Below, piece after piece: positions 1 through 7,509 of a stretch of 20,000 nt of DNA; within the stretch, counting starts at the first letter, position 1, and each line of letters begins with the position of its first letter. Source of the stretch: Vezdaea acicularis (Eukaryota); NCBI GenBank assembly GCA_026025075.1, contig JAPEUI010000020.1, forward strand, positions 184,235-204,234, written 5' to 3'. The notes under the pieces were generated by a model. That model was not told the DNA's origin. It was given only the letters and a program-made list of their open reading frames with translations, and searched no databases. The position numbers and the translations under genes are program-made.

Positions 1-274
1 TTATGGACCGTTAGCGCCGCTTCTAGCAGATTCTAAATGTAAGTTGTCGGGCATAGCTCACTGTGAGAGCGAAGAAGACAACGAAATGGGCGACCTTGTC
101 GTTAATGACGAGTAATGGCTGGAGCTCGGAGAGACCGAGGTAAGCGGCACCAAGGAGCAAGAAGAAGAAGGCACCTGATTGATTGTCAATAGTCTGAGGA
201 CGATCTTGACTGGTGCACAAAATTCAGAGTGTATAGAGGGGGAGGTTACCTGCAAAAGGCACACGGATGCGCAT
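1..274 (-). CDS. VanZ-like small membrane protein (yeast YJR112W-A-like), 5' part; runs off the left edge of the window
   Basis: ATG at 274. Exon 274-250, intron 249-175 (GTAACC..TCAG), exon 174-62, next intron starts at 61 (GTGAGC) with branch point GCTAAC near 9-14 and acceptor outside the window. Spliced product MRIRVPFAGAFFFLLLGAAYLGLSELQPLLVINDKVAHFVVFFALT contains the DKxxHF motif typical of VanZ-like proteins. Confidence 0.8.
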
Positions 275-852
275 GGCGAGAGGTTGTACGCTCGCGCTAT
301 GTGTCGGTGCCCAATCAAGGCTGGCTACATGAAGCCTTGTATCCGAGCGGCGTGCCAGATATCACACATCTAGTATGCGCAGAAGATACTGGGTCAGAGT
401 AGCATGGAGGGGGTTATGTCCACAGATGGAAAGCTTCGGAGGTAGCTCAGCCAAGGCACGGGCTCTCACGGGGCGTATCGAGGCGGAGACCGGCCACCGT
501 AGCGACAGGCGCCGCACGCCGCCCGCCGGCCGCATTCATAACTGAACCGCAACTTCACACGCTAAAAGTTCCAAAGCGACGCCTGTGGTGTCGGCTCGGC
601 CTGGCCTGGTCACGACCGTCTCGTTAGACGTCCTCCCTCTTCGCGAACATCTCTCCGCCAAATCGTCGTCATCCTTTCCATCACTCCAACACCCCAACAC
701 GCTTTTTTCCGTCTCGAAATCATCAGATCTCGAATATGCATCGTGCACGCTATCTTCTGGATCTTGTTTGATCTCGCTGCGACCATTTTTACGTTTCTGG
801 CTTCGCCGCCTATGCGACCGCGAAAGACTCGTTTTTAGGCGGGCGAGGGGCC
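275..852. promoter_or_regulatory. Divergent promoter/5' leader region between the VanZ-like gene and SPT7
   Basis: 578 bp between head-to-head start codons, with a GC-rich core (~480-535) and a pyrimidine-rich tract on the + strand (~630-715). Confidence 0.55.
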
Positions 853-3800
853 ATGTCCTCCCATCTCGCGAACAACCAGGCGTGGCATCCACCACCGCAT
901 TTGCGCCTGGGCGATCACAGCAATGGCGCCCACCACTATGACATACACAGCTCCGCGAGCTCAAGGCCTCGGACGCCGGTGTTGATGATGGACGGCTCCC
1001 TGGGGGGTGACACGGTGAATTCTCTGGTTGATGGAGACCTGGGGCTGGACGAGGACCCGCGATCCAAAATTTTGAAAGAATCCCTCGCGCGAAGCGAGGC
1101 AAAGATCGCCGCATTGTTTGGGACCGGGAAGCTCGTTGATGAAGAAGATGAAGAGTCCGCGGGGGATGGTATAGCATCGTCACGGCAATTGGAGATACAG
1201 GAGCGGGATATACCCGATAGTACCCCCCGGAAACCCGCCAGAGACATTGACGAAGATGACTACGACGACCTCGACGATGAAGACGAAGCTACGAACGCTG
1301 CGGATGTCTCGCCTCTCAAAGGGAAGGGTGCCCCTCTCGTCAATGGCATTGGCGGCTCCAAAGCTGCTGACCCAAAGCGGCCAGCACTTATATCAAAACC
1401 TACGACTGATAGCGGGAGGACAGGTGGATCGCAAGAGCAAGCAAAGAGTATAGAGGAAGTACGCAAGAGACTGGAGAATGACAAGAAGGTAGCGGAGGAT
1501 GCTGCGAAGCGGAGCTTTCACACGACCTTTTATACGCTTGAGAATGACCGGGACGCAATGCTGGAACAAGAAAAGCTGGATGAGCTAGACCGGCAGGTTG
1601 AAGCGGAAGTTTCAGGACACGGTACGAGTGGTGGCCAGGCTGGGAGTACTTCAGGCCGCGGCGAACAGCATAGCAAACTCAGCAACGCCAATCTGGGCGC
1701 TTCAAGCCTGACCTTGAAGCATCTCATTGCGCGAATAGATGCGAAGCGGGACCAAGTAAGAGCCTCTGATGCAGAACTTCGAAACTTGATGAGCGAAGTC
1801 CGAAAAAACAGGAGCAAGTGGGCGAGTGAGGATAAAGTCGGTCAAGAAGAGCTTTACGAGTCTGCCGAGAAGGTCTTGAGTGAATTAAAAGCACATACCG
1901 AGCACTCGACTGCTTTTTTGACCCGAGTCAACAAAAGAGAGGCTCGGGACTATTATGACAGTAAGTTTCGGATCGCTAGAGATATTAGGGTTATTTGGGA
2001 TAGGTATGCTAACAACAGTCTAGTTATCAAGAAGCCTATGGACCTGGGCACTATGACAAAGAAGCTCAAGCAGCTGGCCTATAACTCCAAAAAAGAGTTT
2101 GTAGACGATCTAAATCTAATCTGGTCAAACTGCCTCAAGTACAATGCCGACCCCACCCATTTTCTTCGCAAACATGCTCTTGCCATGAGAAAAGAAACCG
2201 ACAAACTGATTCCGCTTATACCCGATATCGTTGTACGAAACCGTGTCGATGTCGAAGCTGAAGAACGAAAAATGCAGAATGGCGATGACCTTGATGGTGG
2301 AGAGGAAAGTGACGACGAGCCAATAATGTCTTCCCGAGGCCGCATTGCCCCAGGGAAATCAACAAAGAAAGGCGTTACAAGCTCACGTCCAGCCACGGGA
2401 GCTGACTCTGATGGGACGCCTGGTCCGGACGTTAAGCCATTATTGACCGGCTTAGGGCCTTCTGCCTCAAGTAGTAACCTGAAGAATGATTTCCTAAGAG
2501 CGGATTCAGATGCTCCAATGGACGGCGGCAGTATCAATGGCCTCGGGACACCGCCGCTTGGGGGTCCAGGGACACTAACACCTGCTGGTCCGAATGGCTT
2601 CATGAGCGTTGGCGCCCCAGGAAGTCAAGCGGATGCGATGGACATTGATGGGCCTTCGATCAATGGACTCGGTGGCTCCGGTATCAATGGCTTAGGCGAT
2701 GATGCGGCCTTGGAGAATCTAGAATACAAGACTTGGAAACAGGTCACGAAGAAGGACCGCGCACGCCTTGCTGCTGAACGACATCGTCTATTCAAAGGAG
2801 ATAAACTGAACGCCGACGAGCCGGCTTTGCTAAGGACGAAAGCGGGGATGAGACGGTGGGAGCGACAACAGCGTCAAGCCGCGCTAGAGTTAGTGACTGG
2901 AGAAGGAAAGGCAGAAGCTGCTGAAAGCAGGCAAGAGGAGGCTGCCAAGGCAGGCGAAACGCTGGCTGAGGGCATGGAAGAAGGAGAAGACGAGCGAACG
3001 TTGCCTGACTACTACGACCCGCTATCTGCGATACCCGAAATATCTGACAGATTAAAATGGGTTGAAGATTCTGAGGGTAATGTCGCTCATCAGTCTGAAG
3101 AATACCTAAGGATCGTGGAACCTGGCTACTTTGTGGCACCAGAAAGTGGGTTGGCAAAGAAGATTAACGACAACATGCGTCAAATGCAAGAAACGAGGAA
3201 AGTGTGCTCTAAGATCGGCGTCATAAAGCAGATGCAGATCCAATCACAGGTAAGGATCAGGAATGTTGAATTTGATCAGCCTGATTACTGACTTTAAACC
3301 TTAGATGTACCAAAACCAATTCCAAAAGTACAATCCAGAACCTTTCATCGAGCAAGATATTGAACCTCACGTCGTATCCGACGATGGCCCCATAATGAGC
3401 CAATGGGTCTGTCGAGCTGCCATGCAACGTTCTGTCGGCAAAATCTTCTATCATGCCGGCTTTGAAGAGTTTCAACCATCCGCGCTTGACGCGGTAACAG
3501 ACATTGCAACTGACTTCTTCACGAAGCTAGTAAAGACGCTTGGGGTCTACCGGGAAGCGCCAAAGGTACCTGTTTCAAAGGCTGTAGCTGCAGCGAACGA
3601 AGTGGAGGGTTCCTCGAAATGGACAAATAGGTTCACTAACGAAGAGACAATCTTGCACTGTCTGCACGAGAATGGGCTTGATGTGCAAAGCCTGGAGAGC
3701 TACGTCAATGACGACGTGGATAGGATAGGATCGAAGCTTGGCGCGATGCACGAGAGAATGAAGGCACATCTCGCTGACCTTCTGGTAAGCTCCGTCCCCC

Positions 3801-4547
3801 AACCTTCTACAAAGTATGATACTAATATTTCGCACAGAGGCCTGCCCTTGGTGACGCCGGTGGCGATGGTTCCAATGCTTTCAACGATGGCAGCGAGCAA
3901 TTCGTCAGCGGCGACTTCGCTGAAGACTTCGGTGAAGATTTCTTTGGCTTCAGGGAACTCGGTCTCGACAAGGAGTTTGGCTTGGCTTCTCTCGGTGTAC
4001 CGTTGCACTTGCTACAAAACCGCATGCACAACCAGTATCAAGCCCAGAACGCAAGGTACGTCAAGCTCGGCTTTTCCGTTCTAGAGAGAGTTACTAACAT
4101 TACAGCAGTGCAACAACATCATCCGCCGCTATCCTCGAAACGCCACCACCCTATCCAGCTCTCACACTCACCAGCCTCAAAAATCACGTTGGCCTTGTAC
4201 AAAACTTCTTCCTCGCCAAGTTACATGCCAATAACGATGAGCCACTGGTGGAAGACGACGATCTCCCCGCCAAGCAACGCTTCCCCAAGCCACGTTTACC
4301 ACCATCCGGCAAAATCACGTCACCCCGTAAAAGACCTCTGAAGGAGCAAGGAGGCAGCAAGAATAAAAAGAGGAAGACAGGCCCCACGGAACCTGGAGAA
4401 GGCGTTCTGAAGATGAAGGGCAAGCTCGCCCTCGCAACCGGAGCAGTGCAAATGGAGAGAACAGAAAGCGGCCGTGGAAGTGAAGGCGACAAAGATGAAG
4501 GAAGCGGAGTCGGAATGATGAGTCCCGAGAGCATGGAAGTAACCTAA
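853..4547 (+). CDS. SPT7: SAGA complex bromodomain subunit Spt7 (~1157 aa)
   Basis: join(853..1960,2024..3249,3305..3784,3838..4055,4106..4547), all GT-AG introns, frame continuous (3474 nt). Acidic N-terminus; [14 protein letters not shown] motif; bromodomain [36 protein letters not shown]...IWSNCLKYN; histone-fold region ([17 protein letters not shown]); C-terminal [19 protein letters not shown] motif. Confidence 0.95.
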
Positions 4548-4718
4548 CCTCTTACCCTCCCCCGCCATTAAAATTTTTGTACAGGAAAGGATCGTAATAA
4601 GGCGCATTTTCTTCTTTCCGCGTTTCGTGCATATACACCACCACCTCACACCCTTCTCGCTTTGGGCACATGTCTTTTTTTTCTTGAATGTATGTTTCTT
4701 AATGCTGCCGACTGGCTA

Positions 4719-4764
4719 GCTGGGCTGGGCTGGGCTGGGCTGGGCTGGGCTGGGCTGGCTGGCT
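4719..4764 (+). repeat. (TGGGC)7 pentanucleotide microsatellite, G-quadruplex-capable, downstream of the SPT7 stop
   Basis: Seven perfect TGGGC units at 4721-4755, flanked by degenerate TGGC units. Confidence 0.9.
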
Positions 4765-5089
4765 CCTTTCGTTGGTCCCGGGGGCGCGGAACTGCGCATA
4801 TGGGGCTTGGGTGCATGGCGTTTTTTTTTGTCCGCTTTTAAAATCCAAAGATACCGCGGGCTTGGAGCGCTGCCGGCGTGCGCGCTGATTCAGGGGTTAG
4901 GACTTTAGGTGTATAGGGAATCAAAGGCTTTCTATACGTTTTCACGTTATGGGTCGTTAGGCAATGCTGACCGCGTGATCAGAGTGTGGGGTCTTGAATT
5001 ACTCGTGGCTTAATTTTGGAGATACGCTACCCCTTCTATGGGGAAAAAACTCTCAGCTGCTCGCCCGTCTCCAGTTCTTGGACCTACCG

Positions 5090-5128
5090 CCCCAAACCCC
5101 TCACCCCCAGCCCACCCCCCCATCTCCC
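5090..5128 (-). other. C-tract cluster (G-quadruplex on - strand / i-motif on + strand)
   Basis: Six runs of 3-7 C separated by 1-4 nt loops: CCCCAAACCCCTCACCCCCAGCCCACCCCCCCATCTCCC. Confidence 0.55.
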
Positions 5129-5483
5129 GATGAACGTCACTATCTAGTATTCTGGCTGATCACCCAGGCTTATAAGGAGTATATAAGCCACCCGAAACGC
5201 CTAGTGAGCGCAAGTATCTTGTGAGAGGTTGAGATATGATATCTCTGAACGGTGATACCGGTCTTGCTTCGTGCAGCTACAAGAGTTATTCGGGTACCGC
5301 ATCGTTGATCTAGGACCCCTTCGCTGGTAGCTTGAGCTAAAAGCTTCCCAGAGGCTGTTCAAGGGCTCATGTCAGTCTCTTCTTAATCCACTTCTCTTTC
5401 ACATTCAGATCAATGGGATGAGCCGATGAGTCCACCTCCTCAGCCGCACTTGTAGCTTTATCGTAGAGCATGGGAATCAGTCT

Positions 5484-5874
5484 TTACTCGCTGATGAACA
5501 AGACGTTCACGACGCAAGGCTGTGTATCGGCAATAGAGGATATGCTGATCACTGGGATATGATGGTCTGCTCGTGGCTTAGATGTAGTTTGGGTCCTTGT
5601 GTATCTTTTCAGGATGTTGGGGAATCTGATAAGATGCTCGTAATATTTATCTATGAACTTGGTAGCTCCGCCAGGCATGACTGCGTGGAATGCATTGCCG
5701 GCCTATTACTGTGCAGCTAAGATCCTATCCGCTTTGCGGGCGCAAACACGCCCAAAGCTTGCCTTGACAGTTCTTGCAGCAGTGCACCGTAACTGATTCC
5801 GACCCTTCGTGGCGCACGATACGATTCTGTAGTTCATAAGATTTGGTAGTATATATAGCAGAGTAAGCACTCAT
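5484..5874 (-). pseudogene. Possible degenerate gene with a Zn(II)2Cys6-like cysteine pattern
   Basis: ATG at 5874 reads MSAYSAIYTTKSYELQNRIVRHEGSESVTVHCCKNCQGKLWACLRPQSG*DLSCTVIGRQC. Five of six cysteines sit at C-x2-C-x6-C-x7-(D)-x2-C-x6-C spacing, interrupted by TAG at 5727-5725. The 5678-5484 ORF is in another frame and would need a frameshift to join. Confidence 0.3.
5850..5857 (+). promoter_or_regulatory. TATA element ~30 bp upstream of the putative Pol III transcript
   Basis: TATATATA at 5850-5857; predicted start A5880 (C-A step) is 30 nt from its 5' end. Confidence 0.55.
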
Positions 5875-5879
5875 TTGAC

Positions 5880-5995
5880 AGGATTCTGAAACTCAGTCAT
5901 GTTGGTCCAGTGGCAATAGCTCACGATTCAATGCCCTAATTGCACAATGGTGGTCGCCCCAACATGCACCCGCCGCAAGGCTCAGATTCCTTTTT
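5880..5995 (+). ncRNA. Putative RNA polymerase III-transcribed structured small RNA (~112 nt), family unknown
   Basis: Terminal stem AGGATTCTGA (5880-5889) / TCAGATTCCT (5982-5991), 9 of 10 pairs; stem CATGTTGG (5898-5905) / CCAACATG (5959-5966); inner stem 5907-5919 / 5936-5950; GNRA hairpin GCC-GCAA-GGC (5972-5981); TTTTT at 5991-5995; A-box TGGTCCAGTGG (5903-5913); B-box just downstream. Confidence 0.65.
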
Positions 5996-6002
5996 GGGTC
6001 CG

Positions 6003-6012
6003 GGTTCGAGTC
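6003..6012 (+). promoter_or_regulatory. Pol III B-box (TFIIIC site) downstream of the oligo-T terminator
   Basis: GGTTCGAGTC matches the B-box consensus GGTTCGANYC(C). Confidence 0.6.
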
Positions 6013-6270
6013 GGGGGAGGTTTCTGCGAATTTTATTTACTTTTAGCTAAGTTGAACTTTTTTTGAGAGATTTCTTTGAGAGTGTCGAGTTAAGAAGTAG
6101 AGGGATAGGAAGGGAGTAGACAGAAGAAAAGGGAATATACTAATTTTCAAGTAGGTTGGCATGAGAGGGCCCGTAATTTGTTCTTTCAAGAGGTATTAAC
6201 ACTCGTCATTAACTCCTCTGGTCTCTCATACATACGCTTTACAAGATCTTCCATTTATTAGTTCCCGAGT

Positions 6271-6483
6271 CTAATAAGTGTAGTGCCCATCCTTAAGACC
6301 CCTCACGAGCCGTCTGAGCTTCCATTCGTTTATGAATGGAACCTTGCCCGAAAAATTGACAATATCTGCCATTCGAGGCCAGTCTTCCTTTCCATGGCGT
6401 TCCATATAACTGTCATAGAATTCCAAGACATACTCGATCTCCTCGTCACTCCAGTGCCCAAATTCAGGGTCATCGATGGTCAT
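6271..6483 (-). CDS. 70-aa orphan microprotein with Myb/SANT-like helix-turn-helix pattern
   Basis: Intronless ORF MTIDDPEFGHWSDEEIEYVLEFYDSYMERHGKEDWPRMADIVNFSGKVPFINEWKLRRLVRGLKDGHYTY. WSDEE...HG.EDW..MA pattern resembles Myb-like WTxEED...G..W..IA. Good start context (AAAAATG), upstream CT-rich tract and TATATAA. Confidence 0.6.
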   Translation of the reverse strand: MTIDDPEFGHWSDEEIEYVLEFYDSYMERHGKEDWPRMADIVNFSGKVPFINEWKLRRLVRGLKDGHYTY

Positions 6484-6589
6484 TTTTATGGCTTAGGGGA
6501 ACCAAGTCCTTTGGTTGTTGGGAAGGCTCGCAAGAATTATTCTAGTAGAGGGATGGTGGTAAGCTTGGGGTGGTAAAATTATTAGTGAA

Positions 6590-6641
6590 AGTGGATGAGG
6601 AAGAAGGAGAGGGGAGATAGGGACTTCAAAGAGGTTATATA
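6590..6641 (-). promoter_or_regulatory. Core promoter of the 70-aa ORF: TATA box followed by CT-rich tract
   Basis: Minus-strand TATATAA at 6641-6635, then a pyrimidine-rich stretch (6622-6590), ~150 bp upstream of the ATG at 6483. Confidence 0.5.
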
Positions 6642-7509
6642 ATATGATTACATTTGGAACAGTGAATGTAAGATCCTGGAGCGCTTCACGTATGAGACTG
6701 CTTTGACCAAACCCATATTGAGGCGAGGGAGTGTCCAAATATGTGGCACCGGTATACTCTAATCAGGCCTTGAGCACAACAAGCAGGGATAATGATCTTA
6801 AGAACCCCTGATAAGCCGTCCTAGCCTTCGTTCAATTTTGGGTAGGAATTCACTTTGTATTTTAACCATTATTCGTCAAGTCAGGCCAGTATGTCCTTTG
6901 GGATGTCTGATCATAGGCTTCATACAAGACAAAGTGCCAGTCGAGCTGCTCGTCAGTTCAGTGCCCAAATCTGCAATCTCATGGGGTATTTTTGAACAGA
7001 AGGGTAGATGGATACGTTTGTAACTAGATGGTGTTCTCGCTGCACAGGCAGCGTTGTCGATTGGGCCGGACAAAGTTGACTTGGCCAGCAGAACCGGCCA
7101 ACTGATATGGCCAAGTTGGTCTGGCCAATAACAACAGCTAGAAAGGTGGGCGGGGCCAAGGGTCTGATCCTAGCCAGCCAAGCAAATAAGGCGCTCGGCG
7201 CACCTATTGGTAAAGCGGTAGGAGATAAAGAGAGCTTGAAAATCAACTTCAAAGCTAGTTGGGTGTAAAAACAGAATTGAAAGTAAGGGTCAAGGGTAAT
7301 ATAAACATTAGACCGCTCCAAAGCATGTCGAGAGGCCCATCTACACTAAGAGTGGTAGATAGCCCAAAGTGAACAACAAAAGCCTGTTGATCCCCTCCGA
7401 GACCATTAAGCTCTCAAGTGGCCCAACCCAAGAAAGTGAAAATGTATACCAGCCAATTACTAGGTTAGTCGATTTTGGGAGAGCATTGAGCATTCAATAT
7501 GACAAAAGT

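Noticed and set aside
809..820. 12-mer CCTATGCGACCG shared by uORF starts upstream of SPT7 and SDS23 (16843-16854)
   Set aside because: Several 12-nt matches are expected by chance within 20 kb, and there is no flanking similarity.
536..1183. 215-aa antisense ORF, plus other antisense/alternate-frame ORFs over SPT7, the ligase, TIP20 and SDS23
   Set aside because: Shadow ORFs of GC-rich coding sequence with no recognisable motifs; explained by the genes on the other strand or frame.
5156..5202. Hammerhead ribozyme-like CTGATCA...hairpin...GAAAC
   Set aside because: The core is CTGATCA rather than CTGANGA, stem II does not close next to the core, and stems I and III are absent.
5100..5483. 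Continuation of the minus-strand degenerate reading frame as a RIP-mutated gene
   Set aside because: Many stops and no recognisable domain; cannot be distinguished from non-coding sequence without a homolog.
5880..5995. U6 snRNA, 5S rRNA or telomerase RNA identity
   Set aside because: No ACAGAGA box or 5S conserved sequence. CCCTAA at 5934-5939 is only 6 nt, and the RNA is far shorter than known filamentous-fungal telomerase RNAs.
5896..6022. tRNA gene (A-box and GGTTCGA T-loop present)
   Set aside because: The T-stem does not pair (CCGGG/CGGGG), there is no acceptor stem or anticodon arm, and a T5 terminator lies between the boxes. Reinterpreted as a non-tRNA Pol III unit.
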